The notes beneath the pieces were generated by a model. That model did not search any database. It saw only the letters and a list, made by a program, of their open reading frames with translations, and had not been told where the DNA came from. Positions 37,877 through 47,815 of a stretch of 64,000 nucleotides of DNA are shown here, piece by piece. Both the position numbers and the translations under genes were made by a program. The DNA comes from Giardia intestinalis (taxonomy: Eukaryota): assembly GCA_000002435.2 (NCBI GenBank), contig CM018791.1; one strand, given 5' to 3'. Each line of letters begins with the position of its first letter. The stretch's first letter is position 1.

Positions 37877-38515
37877 CACTGATCAAAGGCACTCAAATCC
37901 GGAGACAGGATCCTTTCAATAAAGTAAAGGGATACTTTCTGAAAATGAAAACTCTGCAATTTATTAATAAAATGAGACTTTTAAGTTTAAAATAAATTCT
38001 ATTAGATTGAAAGGCAACGAAAAGTTAATCTAAAACAAAGTTTGTCTTTTAAGTTTATCTTTTGCGATCTTGTATTACTGTACATGAAAGATCGGCAAGA
38101 AATAAAGAGGGAAGAGCTACTGGTTCAAGACTGTTAAAAAAGCATGGTGAAGTTGGGAAACATTCAGGTCACACACCACCAAAGGAAATCATGGTCTTGG
38201 TGTTCTTTAGTAAAGAGTGCTATTACGCATGCAGCCTGTAACACTTCATAGTGCAAGTTGGAGGTGACTATGTCCACATCTGCAAATAGAGCTGGTAGAA
38301 GTCGAGCAAAACAGCATATTCTACATTATATCACAGTCTATTAGCTCAATCAAAGAAGATACCGTGCAGAATCTTTGTTTCCAGTGCTTAGAAGATAAAG
38401 ACAAGGCTCTTCTTAAACGCCTGACAATGGCAGACTTAGACCGCTTCACTAGGGTGTCACAGATTGCAACCTTATTGCAAATATATGGAACGAATCAACA
38501 AAAGCTGTCGAGTGT

Positions 38516-41500
38516 TCAGTACTTTGCACGCAATAGTCTCTGCTCGTTTCCCTCGACTTCTTTTGTCAATGCCTGGAGGTAATTCATTGTCCCTTGCGCT
38601 GCCGCAGTTAGCTGATCAATCTCCTCGATGTTCCTTGAAATGTCCATCCAGCGTATGTTGCTATGGGGCCTGTGCTTCGCTGGTACTTCTGGACGCTTAG
38701 GAGCTGCTGCATGGAGGTACTGTGCCATGTTTCTATAGTCTTGAGTCCCCAGATCTATCCCGGAAGTAGAGATACCTGAGCTAAAGATGGGCGGCGTGTT
38801 GTCTTCTAGCCCTATATTTGAACACATTTGGTGGTTAACAGGTTGCCGAGGAGGATACGGGTCATTTATGCTTAACGTGGAGCCATTCGCCATGGACGAG
38901 ATCTCGATGCTCTGTACCTGAGGCTGCATTCTCGTTTGCTTTTGAGGTGCTGGTTTAGAACTTGATGCTTGTGACGATGGCTGTTCTAGTTTTTCCATGT
39001 CCTGAGGCTTGGCCTGTGCATAGGGTTGTTGTTGAAAAGCTGGTGGTACCTGGGGAGTCGATATGACTTGAATGGCAGGGTAGTTTGGAAGATTAAGGTT
39101 TCCTCCATACGGTTGAAGCTGCGAAACAACATGCTGAGGTTCTAGAATGCGGGGTTGATGAATAGCTAAAGAACCGGCAGAGTGTCCTGGTACACCTGCG
39201 AAAGGCATATGAACAGGTAGGGTTATGGCATTTGGTCCTGGAGCTGTGGGGAGATATGCAGATTGCGGACGGATTTGAGAGGTAGTTAAAACTGAAAGTG
39301 GGCGCTGCGCCGAGCGACTCGATACTGGACGTGAAAGCTGAGGTCGAAAACTATACACAACAGGCCTGCTAACATTAGAAGTAAGGGAATACCCTGGGTT
39401 TGGAGGCAGATTATTGGCCCTGTTGTAGCCATAATGCATTGGCGGAGGAATCTTTACAGAAGGAGGCTGTGGATAGAATGGAAAAGGTGGTGCTGGTGCT
39501 GGCACCGAGGTAGGAGCTGGCGCTGGAGGTCCTGCAGATCGTGGCGGTGGGGGTAAGGGTGGAGGCTGTGACGGATGCTGGCTCAGAGGAATAGAGGATG
39601 GTGGCAGTGGCGGTGGCGGTGGTAGTGATTTGGCATGTTGCAGGGGATTGATTGAAATAGGGCTGCGCTGGTTCTTAGACGTTGGAGCAGTGATATCTAA
39701 CTCTGATGCTATATGCTTCTCAATAGCTACGTCATCTATCTTCACTGCAGATGTGCTCAAAACCTCACCAATCTCAGGACTTCTATTAATATGAAAATCG
39801 TCCATGTCAAGGACACGTTCTTTGCTTATGAGGGGAATCTTTGCCTCAAATGGAACATCGTGGCTCCTTGTGACGTCTTGCCTTGGTTGTTGATGCTTCG
39901 CCTGGGAAGTAGACCCAGAGGGCTTTGGCTGTAAGACCTCAGATGCCTGGTCAGGCATTATATAGTAGCTTATCTCCTTGATGGAGTCGCGCTGGGGACC
40001 ACACATTCTACTCAAAGCATTTTGATTGGTCTCCAACTCACTACAGAGTCTCTCAAGATTGGACATCTTGCAGACGTAAATATTCATAATTCTGCGCTTT
40101 TCATTCTCGTCCACTGGAGACTGATCTATAAGCGATGCACTCTTCGAGCAAGTGACAGTTTCAAGTGCTTTACTAGATATGGCAGAGAAGGAGGTAAGGA
40201 AACAACGAAGCAAGTGAATAGCCACTGAATAGTATCCCTCTCTGGCTAAGAGGAAAATCCCATCTTCTAGTCTACCTATTGCTAGGAGGAGAAGCGCCAC
40301 ACAAAGTGGTGTAAACAATGGCTGGATAGTAGGGGGCAGATTGTCAACATAAGTCGTATCAGGAAATGTAAATGAATAGCGTACTCGGCCTGCAATGCCG
40401 AACGAACTCAGAGGTGCAGCAGGCGGTGGTCCACAGTGGCATCGAGGCTCTGTATAAACATGTCTTTGAAACGTTAGGAGATAATTGAAATCAGGTAGTA
40501 CATTGTATGCTGTCACATAGAGCAAGAAGAAAATGAGTGAATCTAGGAGGGTGGTATCTGCCCTTGCACGCAGAGTTAAAAGAAAGTCAACGTCGGCATG
40601 CGCCAGTGGCGATCTGTCCTTCGCTATATCGCAAATAGCCAGCACCTTGGCGAGCACGCTGCACTGTACCTCTGTGAGGTGCGCCGTAGATGAGGCTGTC
40701 TGTATAGCGGTATCGGAAAAGCTTGGGCTCGGTCCGCAGTAATCAGAGTCTCCAGAAAGCCTCAGGAGATATGCAACAACTGCAAGAAAGCGGCCCGTTC
40801 TCCCAGCTACGTATGCTGCATACAAGACTTGCGCATGGGTAGGAGTAGAAGACTCCTGTGCAACTGCTAGAGATTTATGAGTTGTCATGCGGCAACCAAT
40901 ATCTTGGGGCCAAAAGGGGTTGTAATCCCTGATTACGTTGAGCACTGATTGAAGGTAGAAACGGTTGCAAGGGCCATTGGGGGCATCAAGTTTGCAGATA
41001 GATGTACCTGTGAACAGGTAGCCATATGAGTAAATAATAGACTCTGGAACAAAGCGCGATTGTCCTCCTTCAGACGCACCCACAAAGCGCTTCTCTAAAG
41101 TTAGGCTGGAACTCTGCAACACAGAAAAGGGTTCCAAGGATGGAAAGTATGCATTGATAATATAGAGTGGTAGAAGCGGAACTGCCACGTTTTTTGGCTT
41201 ATTAAAAGACCCAGAGGAGCTTGTATAATTCTGAGGTACCAGTATGGAGAGCATCTGCACAGCAGCACTGTCAAGAAAGTAGAACTGGAGTTGTTTTGCC
41301 AATGCATGAATACACAATAGAAAGAACGCCGCTTTTTGTACAAGTTCTCTGTGAGCAGGGTCCTTGGCTTCAAAGCAAAGTGCTTGGTATACACAATTAT
41401 CATATGTTAAACAGCAATACCCACAAGCTAGAAACAAGCATGTGGACGCGGGAATTGTATAGCCCACAGATCCAATACTCTTGTATGGAAGTTGGTGGGG

Positions 41501-44077
41501 CTGGCTTGGTGCAAGAAGGTGAGTACGAGCAGCGATGAGGGCATAGCTAGTACGGGCGAATAGCGCTGTAAGCTTTAGTAATGATGTGGTCATAAAACAC
41601 AACGTCTTGGTGTATTTAAACGCATCCTCAGTGGAGATGGTGGGCTTGGATGTGCTCTCTGCGCCGTCAGAGTCCCCCGTAAAGATGTCACTGCTCTCAC
41701 TAGAAGTGGTAAGAGAACCAGAGGCCCGAGAGGAAAATAGAACTGGGTAGCTGCCTAGCTGCTTATAGAAAAAGGAAAGGATGTTGTTGTCAAAGGATGA
41801 AGCAATTGATTCGGCAATGATCATATATGTCTGCTCAGCAGCCACTAAGGATATGGACGAAAGCTCTTTCGTATATCGGCGCCGAAGTATATTCAGCGGA
41901 ACAAGCACAGCTTCACACGCATGGCTTCCAATCGCTGAGTAGGCACCAGAAGCTATCTTAGCCAAGTGACAATCATAGTTTGTTGTCTCTTGGTAGTCAG
42001 CCGAGGTGGCAATCAGGTCAAACATCGTCTTTACAGTCATACCAACCTGCGCTCCCAAGGCCTGGAAGAATAGTAGCACCTCTGTTGCAACGCCTAGCTC
42101 ACGCACGCTGTCAGAGGATTGGTTGGGGTTGAGCTCATCACTGAGCCCTTCCTGGAGCTCCTTTGCCTCAAGAGGAGAGGAAGAAAGCAGGAGCTGCTTA
42201 AGCAATCTATAGCTTTCAAGAGTATAAGAGAGAAAAGATATTGTATTGATTTGTGGAGTAAACTTTGGATTGGCCATATAATTGTTACTTCTATCTAGAT
42301 TGATATGTGCCGATACAGGAGGAGTCTCACGTACCAGCTGGCAAGCAGAAATGGTGTGAGTGGACAGCGCCCATCGCTCTGGGTATTCAATCGTAAGCTT
42401 GTTGAATGGAAGAACTATCTGGAAGATGGTTAGCTTGTGTGCAAATCTGAATGCCAGGAAGCGTCCACCAAGGAACTCAAAGCTAATATCTTTGCCAGCG
42501 AGAGAGCTAGATGATGTTGCAAAAGATATCATGGGTCCGCTGGCGACAGCTGCGGAAGTGATATCCTTCAGGTCGACACGAAATAAAACCCCATAGATGG
42601 CACCGAAGATGAAGACTCCGGCGTATCTCATGCAGTAAATGGCTCCGTCAAGACTCCAGCTGATGCGGACAGGCTCCAACGAACAGGAGCGAAGTAGGTG
42701 AGGCATATAGGCCTGCATAATTGCGTGCAAATTGTGGGTCATCACATATGACCCGTTATCTGTTTCTAACCATTGTACGTAGCTGCTTAACAAATTGCTA
42801 AAGTGTGCATCAAACGATGGCATGAGTTGCAGGCAATTACACCGACACGGCATGGGGACTGGTTCATTAGAAGCCTTCTTCTCCATTACTGTGCCCAGAT
42901 TCGTGTTCGGAACAATGGACAGACTTGGCAAAGGTTCACCCTTAGAGTCCATTTCTAGACCAGCTGAGGAGCAGCCTCGACACCCATGTGAGGCACGAGT
43001 GTCCTGTCGCTGGCGCGCACCCATAAAATGGTTGGCTGGGGACCAGCTCCAGGCCAGCTGTCTGACACGCCTTACTGAATTGTTGACATGTAGCACAGGA
43101 ATGCTGAAATGTAGCCCGCTATACACCAAGACAGCAAAGGCTCCAAATGGGGAGATGGAGCAGCTAAGAGAAAGAGGCACTGTGGAATCAAAAGTCACTC
43201 GGAAGGTGATCGTTGGCATCTGACGGAGAGTCCAGGTCCTCCTCACACCGCCTCGCAATGCCAAATCGTCAATGGTGCAAGGAGAGCAGGAATAGATACA
43301 CCTCTCTAAGCTAAGCTCTGTGTGACTGCCAACCGCCCGAACCACGATTAGAGTAGAGTCACACTGCAGATAGTTATCGGAGTCAGGAGGAAAGCAGCAA
43401 TCGTATGCAACAACGTAAGGAGCCGCCTGCGCTTTTGATTCTCCGCAGTGCGATAGCATGCTAAAGGGGCTTGTGAAGAAGTAAGTGTAAGGCCTTCCAG
43501 GCAGAAACTCCACGTGGTCAAGAATGGCCACCTCCCCGCTTTCGTGGATGATGCAGATATCCCCATAATCACTAACAGAGCAGGCTATGATGTCGTCCTC
43601 TGGTGATAGTATAGGGCATCTAAAGCTCGCGGCATGTAGACGTGCGTTACGAGGGCGCATTTTGAGTAGCTTATGATAGAAGCGCTCTGTGTTAATGGTA
43701 GATATCGGAGTCTTTGTCTTCCAAGGCGGAATAATTAAGACCAAGTCTGAATGAAGAATGATGGAATGGTTGCAGAGGATAGAAATATTGACACTTTTGT
43801 TGGGTGAAATGGCAGTCATCTTGACCAAATTGTAGGGAACGCTGGACATTAGCAACGAGCTGATCAAGCGGATGGCTACTGGCTCCTGAGGGTCATAGCG
43901 GTCTTCAAGGCGGGCATCCCCAGGTGACCATGTCGTGATATGTGTCGAGAAGTAGGTGCCCAACAGGAACTGCGCCACTGCTTGGGGATCTGCGTCCTGG
44001 CACATGAGACTCCGGTCAGTGGGGGTCATGAGTTGCTCGAGAGCCCGGATGTAGAGCGGCTCTGCTTCTGAAGTCAT
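38516..44077 (-). CDS. Very large hypothetical protein (1853 aa) with an FH1-like polyproline tract near the C-terminus and an N-terminal beta-rich region.
   Basis: ATG confirmed at 44075-44077. Pro tract PPPPPLPPSSIPLSQHPSQPPPLPPPPRSAGPPAPAPTSVPAPAPPFPFYPQPP at ~39420-39650. The remaining C-terminal ~300 aa are too short for an FH2 domain. Confidence 0.8.
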   Translation of the reverse strand: MTSEAEPLYIRALEQLMTPTDRSLMCQDADPQAVAQFLLGTYFSTHITTWSPGDARLEDRYDPQEPVAIRLISSLLMSSVPYNLVKMTAISPNKSVNISILCNHSIILHSDLVLIIPPWKTKTPISTINTERFYHKLLKMRPRNARLHAASFRCPILSPEDDIIACSVSDYGDICIIHESGEVAILDHVEFLPGRPYTYFFTSPFSMLSHCGESKAQAAPYVVAYDCCFPPDSDNYLQCDSTLIVVRAVGSHTELSLERCIYSCSPCTIDDLALRGGVRRTWTLRQMPTITFRVTFDSTVPLSLSCSISPFGAFAVLVYSGLHFSIPVLHVNNSVRRVRQLAWSWSPANHFMGARQRQDTRASHGCRGCSSAGLEMDSKGEPLPSLSIVPNTNLGTVMEKKASNEPVPMPCRCNCLQLMPSFDAHFSNLLSSYVQWLETDNGSYVMTHNLHAIMQAYMPHLLRSCSLEPVRISWSLDGAIYCMRYAGVFIFGAIYGVLFRVDLKDITSAAVASGPMISFATSSSSLAGKDISFEFLGGRFLAFRFAHKLTIFQIVLPFNKLTIEYPERWALSTHTISACQLVRETPPVSAHINLDRSNNYMANPKFTPQINTISFLSYTLESYRLLKQLLLSSSPLEAKELQEGLSDELNPNQSSDSVRELGVATEVLLFFQALGAQVGMTVKTMFDLIATSADYQETTNYDCHLAKIASGAYSAIGSHACEAVLVPLNILRRRYTKELSSISLVAAEQTYMIIAESIASSFDNNILSFFYKQLGSYPVLFSSRASGSLTTSSESSDIFTGDSDGAESTSKPTISTEDAFKYTKTLCFMTTSLLKLTALFARTSYALIAARTHLLAPSQPHQLPYKSIGSVGYTIPASTCLFLACGYCCLTYDNCVYQALCFEAKDPAHRELVQKAAFFLLCIHALAKQLQFYFLDSAAVQMLSILVPQNYTSSSGSFNKPKNVAVPLLPLYIINAYFPSLEPFSVLQSSSLTLEKRFVGASEGGQSRFVPESIIYSYGYLFTGTSICKLDAPNGPCNRFYLQSVLNVIRDYNPFWPQDIGCRMTTHKSLAVAQESSTPTHAQVLYAAYVAGRTGRFLAVVAYLLRLSGDSDYCGPSPSFSDTAIQTASSTAHLTEVQCSVLAKVLAICDIAKDRSPLAHADVDFLLTLRARADTTLLDSLIFFLLYVTAYNVLPDFNYLLTFQRHVYTEPRCHCGPPPAAPLSSFGIAGRVRYSFTFPDTTYVDNLPPTIQPLFTPLCVALLLLAIGRLEDGIFLLAREGYYSVAIHLLRCFLTSFSAISSKALETVTCSKSASLIDQSPVDENEKRRIMNIYVCKMSNLERLCSELETNQNALSRMCGPQRDSIKEISYYIMPDQASEVLQPKPSGSTSQAKHQQPRQDVTRSHDVPFEAKIPLISKERVLDMDDFHINRSPEIGEVLSTSAVKIDDVAIEKHIASELDITAPTSKNQRSPISINPLQHAKSLPPPPPLPPSSIPLSQHPSQPPPLPPPPRSAGPPAPAPTSVPAPAPPFPFYPQPPSVKIPPPMHYGYNRANNLPPNPGYSLTSNVSRPVVYSFRPQLSRPVSSRSAQRPLSVLTTSQIRPQSAYLPTAPGPNAITLPVHMPFAGVPGHSAGSLAIHQPRILEPQHVVSQLQPYGGNLNLPNYPAIQVISTPQVPPAFQQQPYAQAKPQDMEKLEQPSSQASSSKPAPQKQTRMQPQVQSIEISSMANGSTLSINDPYPPRQPVNHQMCSNIGLEDNTPPIFSSGISTSGIDLGTQDYRNMAQYLHAAAPKRPEVPAKHRPHSNIRWMDISRNIEEIDQLTAAAQGTMNYLQALTKEVEGNEQRLLRAKY

Positions 44078-44245
44078 GTTTCAATGCAGCTGCCACTAGC
44101 GGAAGAAAGAAGCCTAGAAGTGCAGTCTCTCTGGTAGCTCGAACGCCTCGAAGGTGGCAGATATTTGATGGTGCTTTTGAGATATAGTCACATTTGAAAT
44201 GAAAAATTTACACAAATACTTGCAGGAGCTACGTCCTGCGTTGTC

Positions 44246-47200
44246 ATGCAGCCCTCGCTCAAACGATCCACCAACATAAGTAGTCTGGCATCACGGCAAC
44301 GTGTGTACGTGAAGATCTTTCAACGATTGCGACCGCACACGCTCATTCACCTCATAACGACATCCCAAACGTTTTATACGCTCGTTACCAACTATATAAA
44401 CAGTGGTTCATTAACCTATATTGCATCGGAAAGCCATCAAGCAGAAGATCTCCGAGCATGGCTTGGCCTGTTGAAAGTGCTCATGATATCTCCAAAGACT
44501 AGCCTAGTGCTCCCCAGATTCTTTTCCGTCACCAACATTTTAATGGAAAACCTAGATCGTCAGTACTACATCTCCTTGCTGCTCGAAGTAGTGACAGGAC
44601 TTTTATTGCGGTCGAAAACCTTTCTTTCAGAATTGCATTGCAATCTTGATTTAAGCTGCGACATTCTATTCAAGATCTTGCAAGAATTGAACCTCCGCGT
44701 GCTTGTCTTTCACCGACCCTACAAAGAGTTGTCTCGAGAATACTATCTAGAGTTCAATAGAATTTTACAATCCTTTACATTAAGCACCGATAGTTTCTGG
44801 AATAGCGAGTACAGCTCTAATCCGCAGATCAAGGCCCTGGATGACGTTGCCACAGAGGTGTTCCACGTCTGCCGCAATCTGACCTCTCTCACTATACCGG
44901 CACGTGTCATGGATTTCATTCTGCCAAACAGCCTAGAAATGCAAATTCTCGACGAGGACTACGAGATCAACCTGACTCATCTTTCAACGGTACTTGTTGT
45001 GCGGGCTGGAGACCTTGAGCACGAGCGTGTTCTTTCCCTGCAGTGCCACTTCTACAAGCATCTCCTCTCGCTGACACTCGACATGGAACAAATCCCAGGT
45101 GTTAATCACCTCTTCCTGACGCACAGACATCTCCAGCGACTCGCTTTATATTCCTCAACTGGATTGGTGGAATGTCCACTGCTGGTGTTCCCCTCGCTGC
45201 GGAAGGTTACCATAGAGCTCCGGCCTTTAGAGCAAGAGCATGCGGGTGTTGACAAATTCATAGGTGTATTCTTGACTATGGAGGCATTCATCTCCCTGTT
45301 TGCTAATTCTATCAACATATCATACATAAATGCAGTGTATTCGGACCAGATAACGAAAACGGACATCACAGAAAAGTTATATGGTTTACGATATGAATCT
45401 CTAACATTTCTGCGGTTACGGTTTTTCCCAGTCAAGTCGGAGGAGCTGGAAAGGCACGGGATAACATCTGCAGCTCTTGCACGTCTTGCACACAAGATGC
45501 CACGACTCCGAAAGCTGACCTTGTCTGGCTTCAGAGACATGCTTGGTGACACTCACGTGGCATGCATTCTGAAGAGCTGTCCTTTCTTGGAAGAACTATC
45601 TTTAACGGGTAGACATGACGTACTCCCTAACACCAAGCCATACATCTGCTCGTGCAACACACAGCTTCTGTGGCATTCGCAGTCGGAGACAGCTGAGTCC
45701 CTGGATGGGTCAAGTGAGCACTCGACTGTATACACTGCATATAACCGACACTTCCATCGAGAGGCGACATGTAAGTCTAGCATGTTGGTTGCCGCAGAAC
45801 ATCCCCCCTGCTGGACAGGACCTGCCGAAGAATCTCAGGAGCCGGCTAGCCCCTATCTCACATCCAAGCTCGCCGTTCTAAAATTGAAACAGATCTATAT
45901 CACCGACGTAACCTTTATCAATCTGTATTTGCTAGGGGCCGGAGACAGTTTGAAAGTACTATGGATTGATGCACTTCCACGCATATCTTCTATTGGTGTA
46001 GGTTTACTGATTAATCAGGTGCTGCTATATGGACCTCTGTTAACCACTCCTGTGCGCCAGATCCCCACCCAGCCAGCAGATTTCTCTGACCAAGTATACA
46101 CCTCTCTGACCAAACGTGCCCTCTCAGAACACAATGAGAGGTACGTAAGGGGGCTGTGTTCGGATTTGTGCTCGGATGCAGAGTCGATTGAGGAGTCTTC
46201 GCCAAGCTCACATTCAGAGTGTACAACGACGATCACTCCTACGCATGATAAAGCCAGTGAAGCACTCGACAACTTAACTGATTGTACGGCCAAAACCAGT
46301 ACCGCACTTAGCACCTCTTTTGATATAGATTCCCTATCAGCTATTTACAAAGAGACAGTCTTGACAGAAAGGGTTAGAGATTGGTGGGTCAAACGACTTC
46401 AAAGGCTGGACAAACACATCTGCAGATACCAAGAACTTTTGAAGGCACAGCGGGACAGGCAAACCCTACTTAAAATCACAAATCTATCCTTCAGCGACTC
46501 ATATCTACCGCTCTATCACGTCCCCAAATATGATATTGCATTTATAAGCGAGTCTGAACCTGTCATTGATAGCAGTCAGCCATATATAAACTATGTAAGT
46601 GGCCCATATGATCAATTAGAGTACGATGCTGTACTAACTATGTCCTCATTCTCATCGCTAGACAATGAAAAAGATAAACCTCAATCTGACTCTCTTCATG
46701 CCAATTTGTCGACGCATAGATTTAACGACTCCGTTAGTCATATAAACGTTGGACTCAAAGGTTCGTCAGAAGCGTACAGTCCACACATGGCCTTTGTCAT
46801 CTTCAGGACAAAGCATCAACCGTTTATCTCTATGCGCTATCCTCGGCTCAATGCCGATTCAATATACTCTCTATTTAGTGCGCATGGGGTATGTCGACGA
46901 ACCTTCAAGAAGATCGTGGGCCAGAACAATACAGGTACTCTCGGGGCCCAGTACCGCATCGTATATGATTCGGCCTTACAGACTGTAAGTACGATTGAGT
47001 GGACGTCATTCACCCCGCTACAATCAAGAGACATCTCCATTGCTGATGCGACGTTTTTTCCACTGGCGCATAAGCTAGCGAAAGATAAGACAATGCCTCT
47101 TCCTGCTACCCTGTTGTCATGGATCCTCTCGGAATACTTTGAGTCTAGTGCTCTTGAAAAGGTCAGCGTGGCAAACTGCGAGTTGGTAGATGGTAACTTA

Positions 47201-47449
47201 GTAACGTCACTGGCTACAACAAATACGCAGTCACTCCACTCTCTTCAACTGAAGCTCCTTTTCCCCGTTCATCACACAGCGTTCCATACCCTTGTCCTAC
47301 ACCACAGCCACAGCCTAAGGTACCTCTATCTACTTCCCTTCTCTTCCGAATCGGAAAATGAAAAATTTATTGATGCGGTGAAACAGATCTCTAATATACT
47401 CACGATAGATTTAGATTGGAAGACGGAGAGGAGCCTTCTATTTATTTAG
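44246..47449 (+). CDS. Hypothetical protein (1067 aa) with a probable RNI/F-box-like leucine-rich-repeat segment.
   Basis: ATG at 44246. The segment LRKLTLSGFRDMLGDTHVACILKSCPFLEELSLTGRHDV (~45510-45630) resembles cysteine-containing LRRs. The rest has no recognised motif. Confidence 0.75.
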   Translation: MQPSLKRSTNISSLASRQRVYVKIFQRLRPHTLIHLITTSQTFYTLVTNYINSGSLTYIASESHQAEDLRAWLGLLKVLMISPKTSLVLPRFFSVTNILMENLDRQYYISLLLEVVTGLLLRSKTFLSELHCNLDLSCDILFKILQELNLRVLVFHRPYKELSREYYLEFNRILQSFTLSTDSFWNSEYSSNPQIKALDDVATEVFHVCRNLTSLTIPARVMDFILPNSLEMQILDEDYEINLTHLSTVLVVRAGDLEHERVLSLQCHFYKHLLSLTLDMEQIPGVNHLFLTHRHLQRLALYSSTGLVECPLLVFPSLRKVTIELRPLEQEHAGVDKFIGVFLTMEAFISLFANSINISYINAVYSDQITKTDITEKLYGLRYESLTFLRLRFFPVKSEELERHGITSAALARLAHKMPRLRKLTLSGFRDMLGDTHVACILKSCPFLEELSLTGRHDVLPNTKPYICSCNTQLLWHSQSETAESLDGSSEHSTVYTAYNRHFHREATCKSSMLVAAEHPPCWTGPAEESQEPASPYLTSKLAVLKLKQIYITDVTFINLYLLGAGDSLKVLWIDALPRISSIGVGLLINQVLLYGPLLTTPVRQIPTQPADFSDQVYTSLTKRALSEHNERYVRGLCSDLCSDAESIEESSPSSHSECTTTITPTHDKASEALDNLTDCTAKTSTALSTSFDIDSLSAIYKETVLTERVRDWWVKRLQRLDKHICRYQELLKAQRDRQTLLKITNLSFSDSYLPLYHVPKYDIAFISESEPVIDSSQPYINYVSGPYDQLEYDAVLTMSSFSSLDNEKDKPQSDSLHANLSTHRFNDSVSHINVGLKGSSEAYSPHMAFVIFRTKHQPFISMRYPRLNADSIYSLFSAHGVCRRTFKKIVGQNNTGTLGAQYRIVYDSALQTVSTIEWTSFTPLQSRDISIADATFFPLAHKLAKDKTMPLPATLLSWILSEYFESSALEKVSVANCELVDGNLVTSLATTNTQSLHSLQLKLLFPVHHTAFHTLVLHHSHSLRYLYLLPFSSESENEKFIDAVKQISNILTIDLDWKTERSLLFI

Positions 47450-47815
47450 CGGGCTGCTATGCTGTGTACCCAGTACGCTGGTTTATAAAAATATCCTCTC
47501 TAGATCCCCGCAAAATTGATGTTAAGGCAATAAATGGTATGAAATATTAAAACTTTTAAGGTTTTTTTGCAATATTGAATTGTAATTTTGATTAGTAAAT
47601 TGAAGTGGATAGAATTGTATAAAGAGTGGAAGGCGAGTAGATTGCAGACCACTTTTTACAATCCTGTGTCTTTATCTTAGAAGATTTAATATGGCGCCAA
47701 GGCAATACATGGTTTAGCACTGAAGGCTATAAGTAAATGCTTAACGATAGTCATACTGTACTGTGAACCTGAACCGAAAAAACTAACTTGAGCCAAAAGA
47801 AGGGTGCAGGAGAAA

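Noticed and set aside
39420-39650. Formin (FH1-FH2) call for the 1853-aa protein.
   Set aside because: Only the polyproline FH1-like tract is present. The ~300 residues after it are too short and too low-complexity for an FH2 domain.
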